Shown in pieces: positions 20,207 to 30,576 of a stretch of DNA of 64,000 nt. The stretch spans positions 1,718,902 to 1,782,901 of the forward strand of contig CAVOFT010000001.1 of the NCBI GenBank assembly GCA_963695095.1. The letters run 5' to 3'. The position numbers and the translations under genes were made by a program. Every line of letters starts with the position of its first letter. Position 1 is the stretch's first letter. The notes under the pieces were generated by a model. That model ran no database searches. It saw only the letters and a program-made list of their open reading frames with translations, and was not told where the DNA came from. The DNA is from an uncultured bacterium. GTDB lineage: Bacteria > Krumholzibacteriota > Krumholzibacteriia > JACNKJ01.

Positions 20207-21442
20207 CTGTCGAGAGTCACGGCCGCGACGAGATCGTCCATCACGCGCGCCCGCTCGAAGCGGGGCAGCACGAAGCGCTGTCCCGCTTCGCCCATTCTGC
20301 GCGCGGCCGCGGGATCTGCGCGCAGGGCGGCGATGGCGGCGCGGAAACTCTCGAGATCTTCAGGCTCGGCGTAGAGACCGCCGCCGCTCTCCTCGAGCAG
20401 GGCGCGCGCCTCGCCCGGCACGGCCAGCAACACGGGCGGCGTAGAGGCCAGGTAGTCGAAGAGCTTGCTCGGCACGAAGCTCGCGAAGATGGGATCTCGC
20501 CTGAGGGTCACGAGCAGCAGGTCCGAGGCATTGAGGAAAGGCGCCGCCTGGTCGGTGGGCACCTGGGGATGCAGGATGACGCGCGGCGCCAGGCCCTCGG
20601 CGGCCACGCGCGCGGCCAGGTGGGCGGCGAGAGGGCCGTCGCCCAGAAAGAGGAAGGCCACGCGCTCGTCCTCGCGATAGCTGGCGGCCAGGTCGAGCGA
20701 GGAAGTCCATGCCCTGGGCGATGCCGAAGAGCCCCGCGAAGGTGACGAGGTAGGCGTCCGGCGCGATGCCCAGGCGCGCGCGCAGCGCGGGGTCCACGCG
20801 TTCGGGCCCGAAGAGCTCCCGCTGCGTGCCGTTGGGGAACCAGGCGAGCTTCGCGGCCGGCACGCCCTTCGCCTCGATCGCCGCGCCGAAGGCCCGCGTG
20901 ACGACGGTGATGAAGCGCGCCCGCCGGTAGAGCCAGCGCTCCAGCGCCGCGGCGAGGCCCAGCGCTCGCGGGTTCTTCAGCTCGCCGAGGGCGACGGCCG
21001 CGTCGGGCCAGAGGTCGCGCACGTCCATGACGAAGGGCGCCCGGCGCAGGATGGCCAGCGCCGCCCCCGCGGCCGCCACCGGCAGGGGCGGGCTGGTGGC
21101 GACCACCAGGTCCACCTTGCCCAGGCGGCGGAACGCACAGAGCGTGGCCATCAGCATGTAGGAGAGGTAGAAGGCGAGCCGCGTGCGGAAGGTCTTCACC
21201 GGGCTCGCCGCCACGCGCACGCGCAGGACGCGGAAGTCGTCGAGCTGGTCCCACTCCGTCCAGCGACCGCGGTAGCGTTCGGGGATCACGCCCTGGGGAT
21301 GATTCGGAAACTCGCAGATCACGGTGACGCGGTGGCCCGCGCGCGCGAAGGCGCGGGCCAGCTCGCGGGCGCGCGTCTGCGTGGCCCCCACCTCGGGGTG
21401 GAAGTACTGGGAGAGGACGAGGACGCCGAGTCTGCGCTTCAT
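20203..21442 (-). CDS. GT4 glycosyltransferase (WbuB-like), frameshift near 20700
   Basis: LSQYFHPEVGA; VATSPPL; DVRDLWPD; PSKLFDYLA in the second frame. Confidence 0.85.
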
Positions 21443-22628
21443 GGCGCGACTCCAGCGGCTGCCTGCGCGAGCACGCCGGCGTAGATGCGCTCGAGCGCTT
21501 CGGCGTGCGGCTCCCAGCCCCAGCCCGCGGCGCGGGCGTGGGCGGCCGCGGCCAGTCGCCGGCGCAGCGCTTCGTCCCGCGCGAGGCGGAGCAGCGCCGC
21601 GGAGAGGGTGGCGACCTCGGCGTCCGCGAGCAGCAGCCCTTCGCGTTCGTGCTCGACCAGGTCGGCGATGCCCTCGTCCACGGGGGCGATGACCGGCAGG
21701 CCGGCCGCCATCGCCTCCAGGTAGACGATGCCGAAGGCCTCGCCCGCGGCGGGCAGCGCGAAGACGTCCGCCTCGCGGTAGGCTGCGGCCAGCGCGCTGC
21801 GGCCCAGGCGCGGCTCCCAGTTCGCGGCGAGGCCCAGCCGGACCGCCTGGGCGCGCAGGCGGCCGGCCTCGGGGCCCTCGCCGACCAGGGTCAGCGTGGC
21901 GGCCTCGCCGGCGGCGGCGAGCTGGGCCATCGCCGCCAGCAGGCGATCCACGTTCTTGCTCGGGACGAGGTTGGCCACGCAGAGCACGCGCAGGGGCCCG
22001 CGGCGCGGGCCGGCCGGCGCGGGCGCGAGAAGAGCTCGCGGCGATAGCCGTTCCAGAGCACATGAGCGTGGGCGGTGGCGAGGCCGGCCTCCCGCGCGCG
22101 CTCGCGCGCGAGGCCGCTGGGGAAGATGAGCGCAGCCGCGGCGCCGAAGGCTGCCGCCAGCTCGGCCCGCACGGCCGGCGACCAGCGGGCGGCCCGCAGC
22201 ACGTCCGAGCCGTGACTGGTGATCAGGTAGGGCAGGCCGAGGGCCGCAGCCAGGCGGCGGGCGGCGGCCCCGTCGGGCACGCCGGCGTGGGCGTGGACGA
22301 GATCGTAGCCCTCGGCCCGCAGCGGCGCGGGATCGATGGCGGCGGCCAGGCGGCGGCCGGCGCCGGCGAAGGCCAGGCGGCGGGGCAAGAGCAGGTAGCG
22401 GGGGTGCCGGACGGACAGGCCATCCAGGTCACGAGTGGCGGGGATGGCGGCCAGGCGCTGCCAGTCGGCGCTCAGCCAGGCCAGGCCGGGCGGCGTGCGC
22501 GGAATCCCCGCGATCACCCTGAGCGCGTGCCCGCGCGCCGCCAGGGCGAGCGCCTCCTCGTGCACGAAGACGCCGTAGTGCTCGCGGCCCGGCTGCGGAT
22601 ACATGTGGCTGAGGACGAGGATGCGCAC
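21439..22628 (-). CDS. GT4 glycosyltransferase, frameshift near 22010
   Basis: RILVLSHMYP; DLVHAH; ITSHGSDV; then VANLVPSKN and EAFGIVYLEAMAAG in a second frame. Confidence 0.85.
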
Positions 22629-22636
22629 GGGCGGCG

Positions 22637-22708
22637 AGGGTAGCACCCGCACCCCCGGCAGGCAAGCGAGTACCGGCGCTTGCCTCTGCCGCCGGCAGCG
22701 TCTACCCT
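22637..22708. promoter_or_regulatory. Mirror-image divergent promoters TTGCCT-N17-TACCCT on both strands
   Basis: Minus: TTGCCT 22665-22660 and TACCCT 22642-22637. Plus: TTGCCT 22680-22685 and TACCCT 22703-22708. Both -10 boxes lie 6-8 nt before the start codon. Confidence 0.55.
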
Positions 22709-22714
22709 GGGCGC

Positions 22715-23101
22715 ATGGTGATCGGCATCGGCATCGACATCGCGAGTCCGGCGCGCCTGAGGCAGGCCTGGGGCCGGCGCGGGCCGCGCCTGCTCGCGCG
22801 GCTCTTCACGGCGGCCGAGCGCGCCGACTGCGAGCGCGCCCGCGATCCCTGGCCCGCCTATGCCGCCCGCTTCGCGGCCAAGGAGGCCCTGCTCAAGGCC
22901 CTCGGCACGGGCCTGCGCCAGGGGCTCTCCTGGCAGCAGATCGAAGTGCGCCACGAGCGCAGCGGCAAGCCGCTGCTCGCGCTGAGCGGACGCGCCGCGG
23001 CCAGGGCCGCCGCCCTGGGCGCTACCCGCATCCACGTCAGCCTCAGCGATTTGCCCGAACTGTCCGCCGCGCAGGTCATCCTCGAAGGCGAGGGCAGCTG
23101 A
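22715..23101 (+). CDS. acpS: Holo-[acyl-carrier-protein] synthase
   Basis: IGIGID; FTAAE; AARFAAKEALLKALGTG; GKP; IHVSLSD. Confidence 0.93.
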   Translation: MVIGIGIDIASPARLRQAWGRRGPRLLARLFTAAERADCERARDPWPAYAARFAAKEALLKALGTGLRQGLSWQQIEVRHERSGKPLLALSGRAAARAAALGATRIHVSLSDLPELSAAQVILEGEGS

Positions 23102-23105
23102 TGCC

Positions 23106-23157
23106 TGAGCGGGGCTGCAGACTATGAATGAGCGGGGCTGCGGACTATGAATGAGCG
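23106..23157 (+). repeat. Tandem repeat, 23-bp unit, about 2.3 copies
   Basis: TGAGCGGGGCTGCAGACTATGAA / TGAGCGGGGCTGCGGACTATGAA / TGAGCG (one mismatch between the full copies). Confidence 0.95.
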
Positions 23158-23692
23158 CTGGGTGGACGGCTTCAACGTCATGCATCGCCTGGCCGACTGC
23201 GCCGAGCTGCTCGCGAGCGACCTCGAGGCCGCCAGGCGGCGCTTCCTCGGCCGGCTGGCGCCGCTGGTCTACGACAGCGGCGAGCGCTGGACGGTGGTCT
23301 TCGACGGGCCGCGCGCGGGGCGCGCCCGCGCGCCGGGGCCCATCGAAGTCGTCTACGCGCCGGACGCCGACGCCTGGCTCGTCGCCGCCCTCGAGCAGCA
23401 CCCGCGCCCGGCGCGGGTGACCGTGGTGAGCAGCGACGAGAAGGACATCGGCCGCCGGGCGCGCGCCCTCGGCGCCACCGTGCAGTCGGCGGCCGCCCTC
23501 GTGCGCGCCATGACGCAGGGGAGGGACGAGCCGCCGCCCGGGCCCGAAAAGCCCGAGCAGGTCAGCGCGGAGGACGTCGACTACTGGCTCGACGCCTTCG
23601 GCGGCGGCGCCTCGGGCGAACCGAAGCGCCGCTTCGACACGCTGGGCGGCGACCCGCCCCCGGATGCGGAGGAGACCCCGGAGCGCGCCTGA
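23147..23692 (+). CDS. NYN-domain (YacP/Rae1-like) endoribonuclease
   Basis: VDGFNV; VVFDG; DAD; VVSSD motifs; C-terminal EDVDYWLDAF. Confidence 0.8.
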   Translation: MNERWVDGFNVMHRLADCAELLASDLEAARRRFLGRLAPLVYDSGERWTVVFDGPRAGRARAPGPIEVVYAPDADAWLVAALEQHPRPARVTVVSSDEKDIGRRARALGATVQSAAALVRAMTQGRDEPPPGPEKPEQVSAEDVDYWLDAFGGGASGEPKRRFDTLGGDPPPDAEETPERA

Positions 23693-23693
23693 G

Positions 23694-26370
23694 CTAGGGC
23701 CCTGCGTCCGCTGCGCCGCTCGCATCGAGCAGAAGGTGCAGCGTGACGTCGATGCTGTCATCCAGGCCGCGCCGCGCCAGACGCGGCTTGCCGTCCAGCA
23801 CCAGGTAGACGATGGGCGCGGGGCCCTCGGGGCCCGCGAGCGAGGCGGCCGCCGGCGGCGGCAGCACGGCGAGTTCGCCGGGGAGGCCGGCCGCTGACAG
23901 CGCCGCGCGCCAGGGCGCGGGGTCGGCCAGTGGCCCTGACACGCCACTGAGGAAGACGGGCAGGAAGGGCAAGCTGCGGGCAGTCAGGCGCGGCGCCAAA
24001 CGCCCGCAGGCCGTGATCATCCGCGCGGCCGGCTCGCCGGCCGGGAAGAGCAGACAGAGGCGATCAGCCGCCGCCGGCAGGCCGCCGGCGGCGAGGGCGG
24101 CCTCGATCGCTGCGGGCGTGGCCCCGGCGAAGGCGCTCTCACCGAGCTCCCAGCCGGGTCCCACATCCAGCGGCAGGCTGACCTGGGTGAGTGCCCCGGA
24201 CTCCACGCGGAAGCGCTTCAGTCGCCCGTAGACGCTGCCGCCGGGCACGCGATTGGCCGTGCTGAAGATGAACTCCCCCGCATCCCAGTCCTGCTCACCC
24301 AGGATGGGTTCCCACCAGGGGCTCTGGCAAGCCCCGCCCTTCAGGCGCGCCACGTTGAAGTGGCGGTAGGATTCGGCCAGCGAGTCAGGCAGCCCGCCGC
24401 GGGTCACGGTGAGCGCGAGCCGGCCGAGGGCGGGTCCCGCGTCGCCGGCGGCCGCGATGAGCGCGGCGGCCTCGGGTTCCAGCGCGCGCCACTCGCCCAG
24501 CCACAGCTCGCAGACGGCGTAGCGCAGGCGGGCCGGCCAGCCGTTGCGTCGCAAGAGGCCCACCAGGCAGACGGCGAGGTCGTCCTTCGTGCCGAGCCCA
24601 AGGGCCCAGCACTGGGCGGGATCGAGCGGGCTGCCGTGATAGCTGCCCGGCTCCACCTGCACCCGGGCGTGGAAGGTGGCGAGCAGCGCGTCCAGGCTGG
24701 ACTCCAGGTCGGTCGCCAGGGGGAGGAGCGGCAGCCCACTGCGCCAGGCGGCGGCCGCCTCGCGGTCGATGCGATTGGGCAGCAGCCCCGCGCGGACGAT
24801 GCTGTCCGGCAGGGCGAGGCCGAGCGCTGCCAGCCGCCTGCGCTGGGCCTGGGCGACGGCGAGCTCGGAGGCGATGGTCTCCTCGTCGAGCTCGATGAGA
24901 TCCTTGTCATCCATCGCCTCGAGCACGGCGAGCAGATCCTCGCGGGCCGGGGAGTCCGGCGCCGCAGCCAGCAGCGCGAAGAGCAGCGAAGCGCGCGCCA
25001 GCGGCTTGTCAGCCAGAAGCGCGGCAAACCTTCCGGCCTGCCGCGCGGGCAGTGCCTCCAGGCGCGCGCTCTCTTCCGGGCGAGGCCGCGCGCAACTTGC
25101 GGCGATCGGCCTCGCGCGCCGCGATGCCGCGGGCGAGGGCGGCTTCCTCCGCTGCGCTGACGAGGTCCAGATCGCGGGCGGGCGCGCGTCGCCCTCGGGG
25201 TAGCGGAGCCAGAAGCCGGGGGCGGCCTCGAGGTCGTAGCGATCGGTCGCATTCAGCGTGACATCGAGGCGAGCGCCGCCGGCGCCGCCGACGACGCGCA
25301 GGTAGAGCGTGGAGTCGCTGCCCGCGGTCAGGGCGTACTCGCCGGGGCCGAGCACGATCTCGTCGCCGCTCGCGACCTTGGCCAGCGGGCGCAGGCTGCC
25401 GAAGTTGAGCACGTTGACGGTCAGCTCGGGCGCGCAGCTCGCCGCCAGCGCCGGGGCGAGGGCGGCGCGCAGGCGGATGGGATCGCCGTAGACGGCCGTC
25501 GAGTTGATGAGGGTCGCGCCCTGCTCGGCGCGATAGAGGGGCTCCGGCGCCGGATCGAACTCGCCGTAGGCCGCCGAGCGCACGAAGCCCGCGCGGCGCG
25601 CGGCGCCGGTGAACCAGGCGCGGTCCAGGCAGCGGTCGGGCTCGCAGCCGCCGAGATAGTGCCAGGCGCCGTCTGTCCACACCTCGACCCAGGCGTGGTT
25701 GCTGTCGGTGAAGGTCCAGTAGGGCGTGGCGCAGCTGCGCGCGGGCAGCCCCGCCGCGCGCAGCGCGCAGACGGCGAGGATGGTCTCCTCCTCGCAGCGG
25801 CCCAGCCCGCGGGCGATGGTGCCGAGGGGGCCGAGGTCGCGGCCGCTCGACGGCGTGTAGGTGGCCTGCTCGCGGCACCAGCGGTTGACGGCCAGCGCCG
25901 CGGCCTCCATCGAGGGCGCGCCGGCGATGCGCGGCGCCAGCGCACGGGCGAAGGCGGCCCGCCAGGCCTGCGCCGGCTCCTGGCTGACGCGATGCGGCAC
26001 CACGAAGCGCAGCCAGAGCGCGCGCGGCATCTGCCTCGCGCCAGGGCGACTGGCGATAGGCGGCCGCGGCGTGCTCGACGTGCTCGCGCAGGAGGGGCAG
26101 GTCCAGCGCGGCGCAGTCGGACAGCGGCAGCCAGGCGAGGATCCAGCGCGCGGCCTCGTCCTCCAGGCTGCCGGCGGGCAGGGTCTCCAGCCAGGCGGCG
26201 ATGCGCTGGCCGTCGAGGTGGCGGGCCAGCGTGGCCTCGACGCGGGCGTCCAGCGCGTCGGCGGGGGCGCGGCGCGACGCGGCCGCCGCGGGCCCGGCCA
26301 GGGCGACGACGAGGGCGAGGGCGAGGCAAGCGTGAAGGCGGCGAAGCGGCGGGCGGTGCGGCGAGGCCAT
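23694..26370 (-). CDS. Secreted transglutaminase-like domain protein (frameshifts near 26035 and 25080-25175)
   Basis: Signal peptide; FVVPHRVSQEP; GRCEEE; NHAWVEVW; WHYLGGCEP. Confidence 0.8.
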
Positions 26371-26490
26371 TGGCGACCTCGCACTCGGGAATGGGGGAAT
26401 CGCGCGCGAGTCTGCGCCGCGCGTGGGCGCGGACAAGCGCTTTCGGCTCGCGCTTGGCGGCGGCGCCGCTCGCTCTGCTAGGCTGGCCCG

Positions 26491-27286
26491 ATGCGAGAGG
26501 AGAGCCGCGTGAAGCTGGCGAGCTGGAACGTCAACGGCATTCGCGCCGTCCAGCGCAAGGGCGCGCTGGACTGGATCTGGAACTCGGACCTGGACGCGGT
26601 CTGCCTGCAGGAGACCAAGGCCCATCCCGAGCAGCTCGAGCCGGCGCTCACCGCGCCGCCTGGCTGGCGCGCGCAGCTGGGCCGCGGCCGAGAAGAAGGG
26701 CTACAGCGGCGTGGCCACCTATCGTGCGCGAGGGGATCGGCCGTGGCCGGCGAGCGCGCGGGCTTCGGGGTGAAGCGCTTCGACAGCGAGGGGCGCACGC
26801 TGGTCACCGACTTCGGCGCCTTTCTCCTCTACAACGTCTACTTCCCCAACGGCAAGGCCAGCGAGGAGCGCCTCGCCTACAAGATGGACTTCTACGCCGC
26901 CTTCCGGAAGCACGTGAACGCGCAGGTGAAGAGCGGCAGGCGCGTGGTGATTTGCGGCGACGTCAACACGGCCCACCGGCCCATCGATCTCGCGCGGCCC
27001 GAGGAGAACGAGAAGATCAGCGGCTTCCTGCCCGAGGAGCGCGCCTGGCTGGACGCCTTCACCAAGGACGGCTGGGTCGACACCTTTCGCGCAGTGCAGG
27101 GCGACACGCCGGACGTCTACACCTGGTGGAGCCAGCGCTCGGGCGCGCGCCTGCGCAACATCGGCTGGCGCATCGACTACTTCTTCGTGGACGCGGGGCT
27201 GCGCCCGGCCCTGCTGCGATGCCTGGATCCGGCCCGAGCTCATGGGCTCCGATCACTGCCCGCTGGGCATCGAGCTCTCGCTCTAG
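26491..27286 (+). CDS. xth: Exodeoxyribonuclease III / AP endonuclease (frameshifts near 26680-26730 and 27220)
   Basis: SWNVNGIR; CLQETK; KGYSGVA (other frame); YFPNG; GDVNTAH; GWRIDY; GSDHCP then stop at 27286 (other frame). Confidence 0.9.
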
Positions 27287-27858
27287 CCGCTCGCCGGCAA
27301 GTCCTCCGGTCGGTTCCAGTTCCGCAGGGCAGCGGCGGGCAGGTCGATCGCCTGGTGCGGTAGATCGCCGATGAGCGCATGCAGGGCGAGGCGTCCGGCC
27401 GCGAGGGCGGCCTCGGCGGCATCCAGGCAGGCCGGATCCCAGATGGAGGGCAGGGGACAGAGCCGCCCCGCCTCGCTCGCCACCGTGAGTGGCGCCTTGC
27501 CCGCGCCGTGCGCAGCGATCAGCGTGCCGAGCGCGGCCGCATCCAAGTAGGGCAGGTCCGCGGGCAGCAGCAACAGTGCGGCGCCGCCGGCTGCGCGCAG
27601 GCCGGCGACGAGTGCGCCTAGCGGGCCCGTGCCGGGGGTCGCATCGGCCAGCTCCTGCACGCCGAACTCGGGGTAGCGACGGCCGTCGCCGCTGAGGAGG
27701 ACCGCCCGCGAGGCCGCACCGGCCGCGAGCGCGATCGCGTACTCGAGGAGGCTGCCGCCAGCCGGGTGGGGGAGCAATGCCTTGTCGCGGCCCATGCGGC
27801 GACTCGCGCCGCCGCAGAGGAGGCCGGCCAGCAGCTCGCGGGGGTGGAAAGCGTCCAT
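27283..27858 (-). CDS. mobA: Molybdenum cofactor guanylyltransferase
   Basis: LCGGASRRMGRDKALL; GPLGAL; ADLP; NWNRPEDL. Confidence 0.88.
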   Translation of the reverse strand: MDAFHPRELLAGLLCGGASRRMGRDKALLPHPAGGSLLEYAIALAAGAASRAVLLSGDGRRYPEFGVQELADATPGTGPLGALVAGLRAAGGAALLLLPADLPYLDAAALGTLIAAHGAGKAPLTVASEAGRLCPLPSIWDPACLDAAEAALAAGRLALHALIGDLPHQAIDLPAAALRNWNRPEDLPASG

Positions 27859-27864
27859 GCCCTC

Positions 27865-27893
27865 AGGCTAACGGGCGCGCGGACCGGCGGCAA
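27865..27893 (-). promoter_or_regulatory. Putative leaderless promoter of mobA
   Basis: TTGCCG(27893-27888)-N17-TAGCCT(27870-27865)-N6-ATG. Confidence 0.5.
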
Positions 27894-27900
27894 GCGCGTG

Positions 27901-29094
27901 CTAGCAGCCGCCGCCGGGCTGCTTCTTCTTCGCGCCGCCCCCGGGGGCGGGCGCGGGCGGCGGCGCCGCCACGGGCGGAGCTGCCGCCTCGGCGCCGCTG
28001 AAGTAGGCGGCGAGCTGCCGCTGCCGCTCGGCCTCGGGGCCGAGGGCCGCCTCAGGGGGCGTGAGCACCTCGGCCTGCCAGGCGGCGGCGCCACCGCGCA
28101 GGCTGCGGTAGCGGAGCGTGCTGGGCCAGGTGGCGGGTAGCGGCGGCGCCTCGCCGGCAGCGGTGATGAGCAGCACCGTGCTGCCCGGCGCCGCGCTCGC
28201 AAGGGCAGCCGGCGGCTCGGCGTCGGCGAGCTGCACGGGCTGGGCGCCCGGAATGGCCGCCGCCTCGCGCGCGGATTCCTCCCTCAGATCGAGCAGGGTG
28301 AGCGGCGCCGCAGTCGAGCCCGCCACGAGGGTTTCGGCCAGCTCGGCGGGCGCCATGGGCTCGGCCAGCTGGGGCGGACTGGGCGGCGTCGCCACCGGCG
28401 CCGGCGCGAAGCCGGCGGCCAGGGCGACGAGGGCCAGCGATCCCATCAGCAGTAGCTTCACGCGGCGGCCGCCGGTGGGCGTGAGCGCTACGGGCGCGAA
28501 GCGCGGCGCCAGCTTGCGCTCCAGGGATTCGGCGCCGACGAAGGCCGCCGTCGCCACGGCCACGATGACGAGCGCGAGCCAGGGCGCCGGCATGCCGAGC
28601 AGGGCCGGCAGCAGCGAGCGGCCCTGGAAGCCGGCCGCGTAGAGCGCGCGCAGGGGCGCGAGCCACTCCATGCCGAAGGCGAACAGCAGCGTGCCGGCGA
28701 AGACGCCGGCCACGGCGGCGAGGCCGTCCAGGCGACCCGAGGCGAGGGAGACCACCGCCGTTCCCGGACAGAGGCCGCTCACGGCGAAGCCGATGCCCAC
28801 GAGGAAGCCGCCGATGAGCTGGCCCCAGAGGAAGGTCGGGTTGATGTAGAGCAGCTCGAGGTTCACGAGGCCGAAGGCGGCGGCCGCATAGAGGCCGACC
28901 ATGGCCACGAGCACGGCCGTGAACATCACCTTGAAGACGGTCATGTCGTAGCCGTAGAACTGCGCGGCCAGCTTGCGCGCGTTGCCGAAGCCGGCCCGCT
29001 CCAGCGCGAGGCCGAAGCCGAAGCCGAGCAGCAGGGCCGTCAGCAGGCCCACTTCCTCGCCGTAGAAGCCCTGGGCACCGAGGGGGAAGATCAT
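27901..29094 (-). CDS. YeeE/YedE sulfur transporter fused to a rhodanese-like domain with a C-terminal GGGC tail
   Basis: FGLALERAGFG; VFKVMFTA; GLCPGT; LLDLR...IPGA...LRGGAAAW; ends KKKQPGGGC. Confidence 0.8.
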   Translation of the reverse strand: MIFPLGAQGFYGEEVGLLTALLLGFGFGLALERAGFGNARKLAAQFYGYDMTVFKVMFTAVLVAMVGLYAAAAFGLVNLELLYINPTFLWGQLIGGFLVGIGFAVSGLCPGTAVVSLASGRLDGLAAVAGVFAGTLLFAFGMEWLAPLRALYAAGFQGRSLLPALLGMPAPWLALVIVAVATAAFVGAESLERKLAPRFAPVALTPTGGRRVKLLLMGSLALVALAAGFAPAPVATPPSPPQLAEPMAPAELAETLVAGSTAAPLTLLDLREESAREAAAIPGAQPVQLADAEPPAALASAAPGSTVLLITAAGEAPPLPATWPSTLRYRSLRGGAAAWQAEVLTPPEAALGPEAERQRQLAAYFSGAEAAAPPVAAPPPAPAPGGGAKKKQPGGGC

Positions 29095-29603
29095 AGCCAC
29101 TGCCTCCTCACGAAGAAGGCCGTCGCGTAGGCGCCGGCGAAGAAGAGCATCATGAAGACCCAGCTGCCGGCGGCCAGCGCCGCGCCGCCCGAGAGCGCCT
29201 GGCCGGAGGTGCAGCCCCTCGCCAGGCCCGCGCCCACGCCCATGACGATGCCGCCGGCGAAGGCCAGCCACAGCCGCGTCTGGACGCTCACGCGCGGTCC
29301 GCGCTCGACGGCGCCCTTGAGGCGCCCCGCGCTCAAGGCGCCGATGAAGCCGCCGAGCAGGACGCCGACCACCTCGACGACCAGCCAGTTGCGCAGGGGA
29401 TTGGCCCCATCGGCGACATAGCCGCCCAGGGCGGGGTTGGCCGCGGTCCAGGCGGGCGCGGCCTCGTGGGCGGCCAGGGCGATCACGCGCTTGGGCAGGG
29501 CGCTGGCGCCCAGCCCCTGTCCCGCGACGAGGAAGGTGGCGAGCAGGGTCAGTCCCAGCAGCAGGCCGGCCAGGTAGGGGTTCCAGTAGTTCTTCGCGTG
29601 CAT
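29091..29603 (-). CDS. YeeE/YedE family sulfur transporter (half)
   Basis: YWNPYLAG; GLGAS; GAGLARGCTSGQALSG. Confidence 0.85.
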   Translation of the reverse strand: MHAKNYWNPYLAGLLLGLTLLATFLVAGQGLGASALPKRVIALAAHEAAPAWTAANPALGGYVADGANPLRNWLVVEVVGVLLGGFIGALSAGRLKGAVERGPRVSVQTRLWLAFAGGIVMGVGAGLARGCTSGQALSGGAALAAGSWVFMMLFFAGAYATAFFVRRQWL

Positions 29604-29613
29604 GGGCTACTCC

Positions 29614-30576
29614 TTACTTGCTCGACAGCGGGCCCACCCAGCCCGCCGCCTGGCCGGCGAAGACGAGGATCCAGCGCAGGGCGAAACCGCCGGCGAGGAC
29701 GAACAGGGCCGTGGCCCGCCCCGGCGTCGCACGCCGCTTGTACTCGATGGCCTCGCCGATGAAGGGGACGACGAGCCCGAGGGCGACGACGAGGGTCCAG
29801 AAGGCCGCCGTGTAGGGGCCGCCGAAGAAGAGCCGCGCCGCCGATTGCGCCGCCAGCCCGCCCACGGCCAGGCCGAGGAGCCAGAGCGCGAGGATGCCCA
29901 GCTCGGCGCCGATGACGGCCATGTCGACGGCGCTGGCCAGGCGCCGCTCCTCGTCGCGCAGGCCGAAGAGCAGGATGAAGGCGGCGCCGCTGGAGAGCCC
30001 CGAGGCGAGGAAGAGCGGGCCCAGCAGCGGCGAGTTCCACAGCGGCCGCGCGGCGAAGGCGCCCAGCAGGATACCCGTGTAGACGGCGAGCAGGATCCCC
30101 AGGTTCATCGTCGCGAAGGCGAGGCCGCGCGCGTGGCCGGCGGCCCAGCGCGCCAGCGGCGCCAGGCGCGGCCAGCGAGCGAGGGCGCGGCGGCGCCAGG
30201 CGGCCGGGCTCTCGTTCCAGGCGAAGGCCAGCGACACCGGGTAGACGGCGATGAGGATCCAGGCGCCCCAGGACATCGGCGTCTCCGGCCGCAGGATGAA
30301 GTAGAAGCGGAAGGCGTTGAAGCGGTTGGCCAGGTCCAGCCACAGGAAGAGCATGCCGAGCGAAAGCAGGAGGGGCGCCAGCCAGGGCAGGCGCTCGAGG
30401 CTGGCCGATCGCTCGCGGGCCGGCTTCCAGAGCCGATAGGCGCCGAGCAGGACCATCAGGCCGGCCACCAGGCCGCCGAGGAACAGGTAGACCGCCACCT
30501 CGCCATGCCAGACCTGCAGGTCCGGGTCGATGAGCGGGTTGTGGCGCGTCGTCGTCATCTCCATCGCGGGCCTCAC
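29614..30576 (-). CDS. psrC: NrfD/PsrC-type membrane anchor subunit
   Basis: VYLFLGGL; WLDL; PMSWGAWIL; YTGILL; RPLWNSPLL; LRW. Confidence 0.88.
   Translation of the reverse strand: MRPAMEMTTTRHNPLIDPDLQVWHGEVAVYLFLGGLVAGLMVLLGAYRLWKPARERSASLERLPWLAPLLLSLGMLFLWLDLANRFNAFRFYFILRPETPMSWGAWILIAVYPVSLAFAWNESPAAWRRRALARWPRLAPLARWAAGHARGLAFATMNLGILLAVYTGILLGAFAARPLWNSPLLGPLFLASGLSSGAAFILLFGLRDEERRLASAVDMAVIGAELGILALWLLGLAVGGLAAQSAARLFFGGPYTAAFWTLVVALGLVVPFIGEAIEYKRRATPGRATALFVLAGGFALRWILVFAGQAAGWVGPLSSK

Noticed and set aside
23106-23157. 23-bp repeat as a CRISPR array
   Set aside because: Units are directly adjacent with no spacers, and there are no cas genes
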